A model generated the notes under the pieces. The model saw only the letters and a program-made list of their open reading frames with translations, had not been told where the DNA came from and ran no database searches. Positions 15,101-23,471 of a stretch of DNA of 64,000 nt are shown in pieces (positions within the stretch are counted from its first letter, which is position 1; every line of letters starts with the position of its first letter). The position numbers were made by a program, and so were the translations under genes. Source of the stretch: Balanoglossus misakiensis. Its lineage: Eukaryota > Animalia > Hemichordata. The stretch is taken from contig CM082587.2 of assembly GCA_040954595.2 (NCBI GenBank), forward strand, positions 124,001-188,000, read 5' to 3'.

Positions 15101-17511
15101 CTTTTGAAGCTGACCAGAATCAGTTCTTCCTTCTGAAAGGTCAGAGCTGGATCATCTGACTTAGCAACCAGGTACACATACTGTTTTGTAACCACTTCCT
15201 CATGTGGTTGCCTCTCTGGTAAGTCTTCGAAATTCATCTTCATTGCCACACTTTGGGGCTCATCTACATATATAGATTGGTGACAATCAAATTTTTTATT
15301 ACTTTTCTGTGGTTACAATTCCATCCATCCATCTAGCCTTTCAAAGACACTCCAGAAGAACTTATGCTGTGTTGGTGCTGAGTATACTAGTACTTCTAAC
15401 CATGAGCGAATCCCTTAATTTGTTTGAATTATTGGGTTGGTCCAAAACAAAAAGAAATTGCTCAAATATTACAACAGGCACCAGAGTAATATGATATGGT
15501 TGTATTGTTGTTGTTGTTGTTGTTGTTGTTATTGCAATATGGAGTAAATTTCATTATCCAACAACAATATACCCATATACTCATATTACTCTGTTTTCTG
15601 TGATATTACACTTAACAACATCTCTTTGATTAATTGTTTTCATATTGATCCTGGGGAAGAAACATGCTATAAAAGGCAGCTAGATATCCTGAGCTAGCAC
15701 ATTGCTAACATAAGGCTAGTCTAGTCTTTTGTTCATCCAGGCTGCACGATTGTAGGCTTCCTGCAACTTGGCAGACTACAAATGTATGCCTTTCTTGTCA
15801 CACACTAAATGTGATGTCAGTCCCACAACCGGACGTCTTATATAGACATGAACCATTTTCTGAAGAGCCATACACATGGTGGGAGAGGATTATGCTCTGT
15901 TAGTTTATGTACATGTATGACAAAATACAAAGCAAGGAAAATAGAGACACATTCCAAGTGACTGTTACCTTTGATGAACTGTCGCTGTTCTTCCGAAAAT
16001 GTCTTCTGCCTATTTGGATAGTCCTGCAGATACAGTTTTACTGTTACTGGATTGTTGACATTGAATACAGTGACTGATACAGTCTCATCCACGCCAAGGC
16101 GAAATACATTCGGAGAAGAAATGAAATATGTTGGTCTGAAAATGGAGAGAAAAATAAACACATATATAAAAGAGATTACTGTAAAAGATAAAAGCCAAAG
16201 TTTTGTGGATAGTTAACACTCATGTACTATGTACATTCCTTTTTGCATTGTTGTTGCTATTATTATTTAATCTTGACTGAAATCCAATGTCAACAATCGA
16301 CAATCATATTCTGGATTATTTTGTATAGAAGAAGAATTAACTTTTCTTGATTATACACAGACCAACAATCTGATCAGTGCAGCACTATATATAATTACCC
16401 ACTACCCAGGTCCCTGCAGGCATATTAGTTCGTCATTGAGGGATGGTAAACAACCTTGTGAAATTTTGACAAACAAAATGCTCGCTTTAAATACATCTGC
16501 AAGCGTAGAGCTGCATCGTTTCCTGCTGTTACTTTTCCTGCTTGCCTGGATATTTTCCCTATATATCCTGGAGTTAAATTCCTGGTAAATGAAAATGTAT
16601 GTCTACATCCCGGAACAACAAAGTGTCACTTTCTTGTCAACACATTCCAGATGTTTCTGGTGAAACTTACTCTCTGACCTCTGTGCCTGCCTACCAAGAA
16701 AAGCTGCTATTTCACTGAGACATTTCTCTCAAATATGCAACATGTTTTTCAAACTTTTTTTTCTCTTAAAAAAAGAATTCTCAGTTTGATTTACTGTCAT
16801 TTTTCCTTGGGGACTCTAAATACTTGACATCTTCTTCCATGTCGCAGAGCCAGAAATAGTCTAGTATCCATCATATTATATGTCAGCTTTACTTCAAAAT
16901 ACAGCTAGATACTAGACTGAGCCAGAAAAGAAAAACTTCCAACACAGTAGTTCACCACAAATGGGACAGTGCAAGTACTATTCAAACTTTGAATATTACC
17001 ATTACTTTTATGGCGACCATGAACTTGTTGACCATGTGATCACACACACCCCTCCGGGCTGTCCGGGCTGTGATGTAGCCTGGTCAAGGGTAGCAACCAC
17101 TCAAACGCAGACCATGATGATGCTTCATTGAGTTTTTTTTTTTTTACTTCTGAATAGTTCTTAAAACTGATCATGTAATTCATGTGTAACACACACTGGT
17201 ACAAACTTATAGCAGGTGTTAACCACTGTGTGGCATACTTTTTAACAAGAATATCCCAATACACATGTGTCTAAATTGGCAATCGTGTTAAGAAATCTCA
17301 TCAGGCTGATTATACATGGCCATAAAATCATCTGCCTTGGGTAATTTGAGAATATCTGACCAAGATGAATTAAAACAAACAAAATCATTAAAACAAACAA
17401 AATCACTGTATGAGACATCATGGTCATAAACAGCAACAAAACTTACCCATCCTGAGCTGATGTAAATGCAGCTAACAGCAGGAGGAATATTGAGAGAGAG
17501 CAGACACCCAT
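1..17511 (-). CDS. C3: Complement C3-like thioester protein, spliced gene, 29 coding exons in window, 3' end (rest of CUB, MG8, C345C) outside window
   Basis: Exons joined by GT-AG introns with consistent phase give about 1346 aa. Motifs: signal peptide, FIQTDKPIYTP, EYVLP, YVYGKPV, LAVDKAVY, DLGCGPGGG, KRRRR, anaphylatoxin-like Cys domain, VRSDFPETW, PYSVVRGEQ, GCGEQ, STWLTAF, VHHKEM, VETTSYALL, GGFVSTQDTVIALQAL. The ANA domain, tetra-Arg site and catalytic His point to the C3/C4/C5 class rather than A2M/CD109. Confidence 0.95.
402..616 (-). CDS. C3: C3 exon 28 (TED)
   Basis: RYW...AVETTSYALL...PIVVWLTKQRNANGGFVSTQ. Confidence 0.95.
788..956 (-). CDS. C3: C3 exon 27 (TED)
   Basis: AITYLENQV...RPYTMAIVAYALALA. 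Confidence 0.93.
1219..1293 (-). CDS. C3: C3 exon 26 (TED)
   Basis: GGVHGDASFTAFVLISLLECDCNLQ. Confidence 0.92.
2007..2163 (-). CDS. C3: C3 exon 25 (TED, catalytic His)
   Basis: LTAFSMKIFCQA...QREDGSFKENYMVHHKEMT; HKEM aligns with human C3 HQEM. Confidence 0.95.
2585..2663 (-). CDS. C3: C3 exon 24 (TED)
   Basis: GYNRELTYRDKNAGCFSVWSGRACSTW. Confidence 0.9.
2928..3122 (-). CDS. C3: C3 exon 23, thioester site (GCGEQ at 3034-3048)
   Basis: LLRQPTGCGEQTLLGLAPDIYVLLYL. Confidence 0.96.
3301..3402 (-). CDS. C3: C3 exon 22
   Basis: EFRVKEDQSQ...LPADVIPGSEKCSVSVI. Confidence 0.9.
   Translation of the reverse strand, partial: NSESRKTKARLMCWMLDFLQMSFQDQRNAASVL
4105..4234 (-). CDS. C3: C3 exon 21 (CUB N-part with insertion)
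   Basis: PEGQEQTFVHSIFLDPSGQMCEQGNAVCGNDGAGNNDGTFQND. Confidence 0.87.
4731..4940 (-). CDS. C3: C3 exon 20 (MG7)
   Basis: VRVYLQGVEGLC...FPVIPMDVGEIPI...GDIVEKMLNVL. Confidence 0.93.
5306..5534 (-). CDS. C3: C3 exon 19 (MG6/MG7)
   Basis: VPSSLTTWVIQAVG...GMCVA...LNMPYSVVRGEQIEIRAAVFNY. Confidence 0.95.
5726..6029 (-). CDS. C3: C3 exon 18, anaphylatoxin (C3a-like) domain and alpha'NT
   Basis: ...DYCLLGQ...TCDER...VFRLCCK...DGRGR...VRSDFPETWIF. Confidence 0.93.
6268..6324 (-). CDS. C3: C3 exon 17, furin-type beta/alpha cleavage site
   Basis: AYGCTSAAAKRRRRDLSDL. Confidence 0.9.
6639..6693 (-). CDS. C3: C3 exon 16
   Basis: DTGLMVITNAGIDMDKRE. Confidence 0.88.
6879..6953 (-). CDS. C3: C3 exon 15 (LNK)
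   Basis: MFQSMDKFDLGCGPGGGRDSRGVFE. Confidence 0.93.
7272..7421 (-). CDS. C3: C3 exon 14 (MG6)
   Basis: LLVSAND...VGLLAVDKAVYLLNDANRLTSKK. Confidence 0.93.
7731..7922 (-). CDS. C3: C3 exon 13 (MG5)
   Basis: VVTRGKI...VTPEMSPSSRLIVYY...EVVADAIWLDIEDVC. Confidence 0.93.
8231..8299 (-). CDS. C3: C3 exon 12 (MG5)
   Basis: VGDNLQATVVATKEEDISRISFI; cag/gttagt sites. Confidence 0.85.
8882..9004 (-). CDS. C3: C3 exon 11
   Basis: ARTQD...AQPYQSPSSSYLLIQVPPQEIM. Confidence 0.9.
9272..9466 (-). CDS. C3: C3 exon 10 (MG4)
   Basis: IGVFYMNNKPAQAIPV...SNSDGETKFVLDIP... Confidence 0.9.
9835..10065 (-). CDS. C3: C3 exon 9 (MG3/MG4)
   Basis: VQDGHGFF...LYIEASVTE...SPYQFKFDKTVKHFKPGLPYIVK. Confidence 0.93.
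10425..10524 (-). CDS. C3: C3 exon 8
   Basis: YVYGKPVTGSLFMRFGLWRG... Confidence 0.92.
11227..11311 (-). CDS. C3: C3 exon 7 (MG3)
   Basis: VLPTYSIKISAPLYILPQSEFIEGTIQTQ. Confidence 0.9.
11538..11580 (-). CDS. C3: C3 exon 6
   Basis: YSLNATVQFEVREY. Confidence 0.9.
12021..12170 (-). CDS. C3: C3 exon 5 (MG2)
   Basis: VQLDIVNPQGTIVERR...PLFGNWSAIVSYGPE. Confidence 0.9.
12546..14200. mobile_element. CpG-rich insertion in C3 intron 4, probable non-autonomous transposon (boundaries approximate)
   Basis: Abrupt rise in CpG dinucleotides within an otherwise CpG-poor gene; makes this the longest C3 intron in the window; no recognisable transposase or RT, no termini identified. Confidence 0.4.
14565..14617 (-). 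CDS. C3: C3 exon 4
   Basis: VKMRILPLSQNMRPSDDM; cag/gtaagt sites. Confidence 0.87.
15048..15263 (-). CDS. C3: C3 exon 3 (MG1/MG2)
   Basis: DEPQSVAMK...SGYVFIQTDKPIYTPEQE. Confidence 0.93.
15465..15607. repeat. Inverted-repeat (MITE-like) element with internal (TTG)n
   Basis: cagagtaatatga..tatggttgtattgttgttg (from 15482) is the imperfect reverse complement of caacaacaatatacccatatactcatattactctg (to 15593). Confidence 0.7.
15969..16135 (-). CDS. C3: C3 exon 2 (MG1)
   Basis: PTYFISSPNVFRLGVDETVSVTVF...QDYPNRQKTF; ttcag acceptor, gtaac donor. Confidence 0.92.
17447..17511 (-). CDS. C3: C3 exon 1, signal peptide
   Basis: MGVCSLSIFLLLLAAFTSAQD(G), GG|gtaagt donor; phase 2 matches exon 2. Confidence 0.88.
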
Positions 17512-17639
17512 GACTGCAGAACAGTGATGACGCAGCCCCTCTTCGAACAAAATTTGTCAAACTTTTGGCCAAATCAACTTTTGCACTGTGTCTGGATAGC
17601 GACCTTTACTCGACTGTACAAAGCCACTTGACCAATGCC

Positions 17640-17646
17640 TTATATA
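17640..17646 (-). promoter_or_regulatory. Candidate TATA box of C3
   Basis: TATATAA on minus strand about 130 bp upstream of the ATG. Confidence 0.45.
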
Positions 17647-17940
17647 CCATGTATACCACAAGAGATAAGATACCCCCTTTTTATAACATACATTTGTTGA
17701 TAAACAGGATATTAGAACAAAGGAACATTCCATTTTTCACCAAAATAGGGCTGTTGCATGCACAGTATGTACAGATTAGAATGTTCCATTACACTTTATA
17801 TCCTGATACATTGTAAATGTCAAGCACGCATACAGAGTAAACTAGAAGGGCCACACTAAGAAGGCCAAAAGTGCATCTATACTTGGGTTAGTCCAACTGC
17901 TTCCCTCAGCCGACACTCCAGTCACCCCTCCTTGGTGATT

Positions 17941-18058
17941 GGAAAAGTCCACATCATCAGATTGTCACTGATCCTTTTCTCTAGAAACATGCCACCCCAG
18001 ACACAGTTCCTCACATTCTGTTTTCCTGGAATCACTTCCTTATTTTTTGCATTTCCTG
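17941..18058. promoter_or_regulatory. Candidate immune-responsive element cluster upstream of C3
   Basis: kB-like GGACTTTTCC (17941-17950, minus), STAT/GAS TTCCTGGAA (18023-18031), ETS-type AGGAA cores at 18004, 18033, 18050. Confidence 0.4.
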
Positions 18059-21031
18059 TGTAAATGGCTTTATAGTGTTATGACAAGGTCATCACAATAC
18101 AATACAATTACAGTAATTGACTGAGGTTCAACTTAAACAAACCTGGGTTCTCACTGGCACTCAAATCAACATATCTGAGAGGAATCGAAAATAATCATAG
18201 GAATAAATCTCTAATTTATGAAGTTCTCAGAGAAACCTGTATTGTGAACTTTCTGTGGAAAGATATCCAGATTTCTATCACATGAAAATTGAAGGGACCT
18301 ACATCGACCTGCCAACAATACTACAATTGCATCAATAATATTGTTAGTGATGAAGAATAATAAGAACAGAGATGCCATTTTCTGTTGGAAAATGTAACAC
18401 AACTTCTAGTAAATAAACACTTCGCTAAAAGGCTTTTTGACCTCATTGAAATAATTCCTGTCCAATCATGACACAGGGCACAATCACACAGAAATCTTAT
18501 AATCTGATTGCAGAGATAATACAAAAGGCAGTTAAATTTAATCTTTGTTTTCAGAGATATTCTTAAGATACTGTATTGATAAGAAATATGAACAATTATA
18601 ATCCAAAAGCATGGACTGTTTCTAGGGAGCCTTATATCGTGTGGGAACCGTGTGATGTTCAAGGCAGGCTTCGCCTACCAACTCCTGGGAACCATACACT
18701 GTCTGTTTATTGGGAATGGATATTGTTTATCTGCCATATTGTTGTTTCTTCTCTGTAAAGTCACAGCTTCACAATAAGCCTAAGTCTAATGTCAAGTGTG
18801 AATCTCCTGGTATCAGGTGTGAACAAAAGTCAAGGTTCATCAACATGTATATAAACCGTAGAGTTTTGAGAATAAAACAGACTTGAATTTGGTAACAGCA
18901 ACTCGCGCATTGAGTCTCATTCGTCCCTCTCCACTCCCCGAACCTTTCCCAAAGTGTACGCCATACATATATCGTTATATGGGCAAATTTAACCCGAATC
19001 CATGGGTATAGGGCAATTCTTTTCATGTTAAAGGTTTGTATATCAATATTTATTTCACAAAGTAAAAAAATACCCAAAATGATATTTGTCATCAATTGTG
19101 CAGTTTTAAAAAAACATGTGTGGACAATGTACAGTGGTTCTGAAACGGCAAGTACGTCGTCAGAGGGCGCTAGAGAATGTATCTTTGAGGAGAACCTGCA
19201 GCGGTATGGTGAAGCAATGTTGCCATGAAATAGCGCCCTCATGTTCAGATGACACCTAAAGCAGTTACAGTTGTGTTTTGTGACATTGCAATTATAATGT
19301 ATTTGTCATCATAAATGTAAAACATTTTACCGGGATTTAACATTCCATCCTTTAGTTACTGGAATATCTGCAATTTTAAGCGTCAATATCAGTAATTTCT
19401 GGTAGTGCTAAAATGTTTATTTGCCGTTTTTCCAGGTCTAGGAAATGCCGGTCGCAAAAACTCATAATGAATCAGTAGTTATGGTGATGTAACATGTTCA
19501 TTCATTCATTCATTCATTTGCTTCATGTATTAATGATTTTCAGGTCATCCTGCAAAACATCTCTTCTGTGTGATACAATAGCAGTTGCTGTCTAATTGAT
19601 GACGCCTAAGATCTTCAATAATTTCCAAAGGGAGCTTACGCAGCATGTCGAATTCTTTTCTGTTATTTCACACCAAAATTGATTGCCATGTCCCTGCTAT
19701 TAACTCCATAGATATGTCCCTGTTAAATATGCATGCCCAGCCTGACTGGATCTGATTTGAAGACAACAAACACGCAGGCGCTATGTTATTAAATCAAACC
19801 TGAACATTCCATACAACGCTGCAACCGAGATGCTGTTGGGGGAATCATCCACACGCCCTCCCCGATGACTTAATCGTTCAACCAGCTCTTTGTTATATCT
19901 TTTCTGACTTTGTAAGAGAGAATAGCCGCTATCCCCACCCAGTCAAAGTGCCTGGACGGGGAAAATAAATTATAAGCAAAAACAGGGTTTGGGTCTGAAA
20001 GACAGAATGCATGGTTCGAAGACGTTTTGTCTGTTTTGTATAATTAGTAAGTAGCTCCGGGAATTGAGAAATTGTTGTGTTTATTGGAATGTTTGCATTG
20101 CTACTAGGAGGATAAGTTTGGTAATGCATGAAATGGGGTTTTGTCAACTCGCCGCCACGATGATGGCTGAAAATCTACAACAAAAACCATTCTATTGCAC
20201 GATTTTGTATTCGTTTTTTTCCAAGTGGTAAATACAAAATACAGCGGTATACTGTCAATAAATCTGCCGCATGTTTTAACCAGACTGCCGTAGATTTGAG
20301 CAACAAGACGACCTAGTGGCCTTATAACTTTCTTTAATTGTAACTCACAAAAGCAACTGATTAATTAATTGTTATTCACATAGAGAGATTGGGAAGAACT
20401 GAGATGTTTTGTTATATAATCCCATGAAAATGTTTCATTGTTGAAAGAGCTAAGGGAAAAAGACGAGGCTTTCTTTCACCCATCAGTCTGCTTACATAAC
20501 CACCTTCTTTCTAATCTTCATTCCTCAAACTTAGCATGATTAGTGACAATACAGGTCATTGCCCTTCCTAAATGCTGTCCGTACTTGTGCAGAAATCAAA
20601 CCCCCTCCCCCTCCTCATGTTCCTTGGGCGCATCGCTACCCATGATGCATTACCAAGCGAGAAATCCTTCTGTCTTTTCATTTAAAGCCACCACCCCACC
20701 CCTCATGTGTGAATTGCTTTTTTAACAGTTTCCAGTCTTTTGGTATCAAACTGATAAGTTTCCTGTTGGATAAATATGATAATAAAGTGGGGGCTTGATA
20801 GTTAAACTCTCAGGGTGTTGACGCTGAAAACATGATTACACCTTGCCTTAATTCTTGTCATACTTAGATGTTTCTGCTTGAATGTCATGCAAGGTTAGTT
20901 TGTTCTAAACAATCTACAACCTCACCAAAATTTGACAACTCACTCCTAAGAGAACCAGTGTGTAGATGGGAAATCACCAAATACTTGCTGGCCTACTGTT
21001 GCACATGAATAATGCTCAAACTCGAGCACTC

Positions 21032-21128
21032 TTAACCCTTTAACCCCCAGTTCCCTCTATAGAGGTCCAACCTTACCATAGAAAACAATGGGTTTCGACT
21101 GAACCATGCATGGTGGTAAAAGGGTTAA
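21032..21128. mobile_element. piggyBac-type MITE
   Basis: TTAA|CCCTTTaaccccca ... tggtggtaAAAGGG|TTAA: TTAA target duplication and CCC-starting terminal inverted repeats around about 89 bp. Confidence 0.75.
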
Positions 21129-22930
21129 CCCAAGCTTTTCGCAATGTAATCAAGCCCAACCACCTCATCAATGTGCTGTTCTTGAACGAAATTCAGGGTA
21201 TATGATATGGAATTAAAAACAAACATGAGAGACCACTCACCCTGATGAGATAGATTATGTTTTTCACATTATATAAAATGATACGTGCGAAAATAAGGTA
21301 CAGAAAATATTGAATCTACAAAAATACCGCCGCTATCTCAACAGCTTCCCCCTGCCAATTGATATCAAAGGATAATACCTCGTCCTTCTAAGAAAACCAT
21401 TCACTTTCATTCAAAGTCCTTAAGAATACAACATTTAATCTCTACTGGAACGACATTCAGTCAAGGTTGTTTTTTGTACGACCAGAAATAAAAAGATACT
21501 TTATCAGTCACAGCCCTGAAGGTCACAAGAAGTACACTATTTTCTTCCGATTGCCTTTTATATTGGCTGAGAACAGAAATTACTGTGTTGGTGTGATAAG
21601 AGATACTGAAAACACAATAAAGCCTGAAATGTGTGCATATTACGTCATTTCTTTCCACCTTGCAAGTTTTCATGCCTGCAGATGCCATGGATGTCATTTA
21701 ATAAGATTTGAATACTGGAAAGCGAACAATCGACTGACTTATGTAACCAACCTGCATTATAGGTATAGAGTTATCCTTCAATAGACAGAGGTCATTGGCT
21801 TTCCTTCATGACTGACCTTTGTACATTCAAGTTTGACCTCATTGCAGTTGCTGAATACAATAATACAATGTACTAGTTTTGTCGGCAAGTCTATCGTAAA
21901 TGTGTATACACTTGAATTAATGCGACTTTTGGGTTTCGCATGTACATGTAACCCTCGTCAATATAAACCACATGATATTTGGGTCTGCAGAAAAAGGGCC
22001 TAAAAACAAAAGTCATGAAATGCTGTGGCTATATATATAACTCCATGTTTGGTTAGGCGTGACTTCACACATTAAAGGCACTCGTAAACACAAATTGTAT
22101 TAATTATAGTGGTAAAGTTAGAGTTTTTAATTTCAAAAATAACTTCTCTACAGTTTTATTTACAGAAATAAAAACACAAATAAATCGTTAAATTTCGCAA
22201 AATTTAATTGCAAAATAACTGCCGGCAAATTTTGGGGAAATGGATTAATTGGGTTGAAGGAAAACTAGTGGACGCCTTTGCTTTTTACAGGGTGATTTCG
22301 CATAAACTGGCAACATTTTTTTCCTAGGTGCATTGATTATTTGGAAGCTGTTATATGTCATAAGACAAAGGCAAACTGTCCAATCAAAGCCCTCCCGGCC
22401 ATTCTCTATCAATGCAGCAGCCTATTCGCCCCTTCTTCTCGTAAGAGTTCTAGTGCGCCCTCAGTTGCGATATTAAATTGAATGCATGGGCCGGGTTGTT
22501 CAGCTGCAATTCTATATCCTCAGGTTGTCTTTTGTACAAACTTTACATGGTGCTGTTATGAGTAGCGTTTCTCATCGCAACTGACACACAAACCATTATT
22601 CACTTGCCGATTTGTTTATTCTGCTAATCTCTCCGGCTTCCTTGTGCATTTTCCTTTCCTCATTATATTCATGACTCGGATTTCTCAGCGGTCTCTATGA
22701 ATGCCAATGGTATGGAGACAGTAGGTAAACAAGATTGGTGGGACTAGAAAAAAAAAAGTTAAAAGTTCTTGCAGCAATAGTGAAGGTACTTGGTTGTCTC
22801 CTTGAATATGCCCTGTATTGTGAAGCGGCTGGAAACGATGGAGTAAAACTGTTCCATTAGTTTATTAGGCGTTTGGATGATAAGTAGCATTTTCAGACAA
22901 CCACAGGAACCACTACAGAAGTGTGATGAT

Positions 22931-23150
22931 TATAAATACATGGTCCCTCCTTTGCTTATAATGTGGTTACCCCCTGGGCGTGTACCCGGGCATACCTTTT
23001 GTCTTTAATTTTCTTCCATGATTTTGATTCGCTGCTTGAAGTTCTGGCAAGAGGTCCCTTGTCTGCATTTCTATTAAATAGCATGATTAAGTAGTGTGGG
23101 CATTCTTGGGTCAGCGCTGTCATTGGCGGATCAGCTTGCCTGTGACGTAG
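22931..23150 (+). promoter_or_regulatory. Candidate collagen core promoter region
   Basis: TATAAATA (22931), TATTAAAT (23072), inverted CCAAT (ATTGG, 23122), CRE-like TGACGT (23143), just upstream of the signal-peptide exon; start site not determinable. Confidence 0.35.
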
Positions 23151-23347
23151 GAACTCAGGTCATTCGCTGCAAAGACCTCATTCTGGCGATCTTCAAGAAC
23201 GAGTTGGGATCAAGACTTGAGGAGCGCTCAGAGCTTGGGCCGGCCGCGGTTTTTTGCTAATCTGTGAGAAGACCCATGGCTGGGTGCTACTAGTGTTTGT
23301 CAATATTTTTTTCAGAGGCTGATTTGGACTGTAGCCAAAAGCTTGTA

Positions 23348-23471
23348 ATGGCAGGGACTTGGAAGTATTGTCGGCATAAATTTAGCCTTTTGGACAGTCA
23401 GATACTGCTACTGTTTCTAACTGTACTGCTTTTTCCAGGCAGCCAATCGACAAAAGTACCTATTCCTCCAG
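23348..23471 (+). CDS. Collagen exon 1, signal peptide
   Basis: [41 protein letters not shown]; CCAG|gtaagt, phase 1 matches exon 2. Confidence 0.8.

Noticed and set aside
16671-16740. Possible alternative first exon with a gtaagt donor on the minus strand
   Set aside because: Its ATG is followed by an early stop and there is no signal peptide; 17447-17511 fits phase and hydrophobicity.
1-17511. Alpha-2-macroglobulin, CD109 or insect-type TEP identity
   Set aside because: An anaphylatoxin domain follows the tetra-Arg site instead of a bait region, and the catalytic His context is C3-like. C345C lies outside the window and could not be checked.
22072-22280. Kolobok-like MITE starting TTAAAGG
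   Set aside because: Right terminus and TTAA duplication are not convincing.
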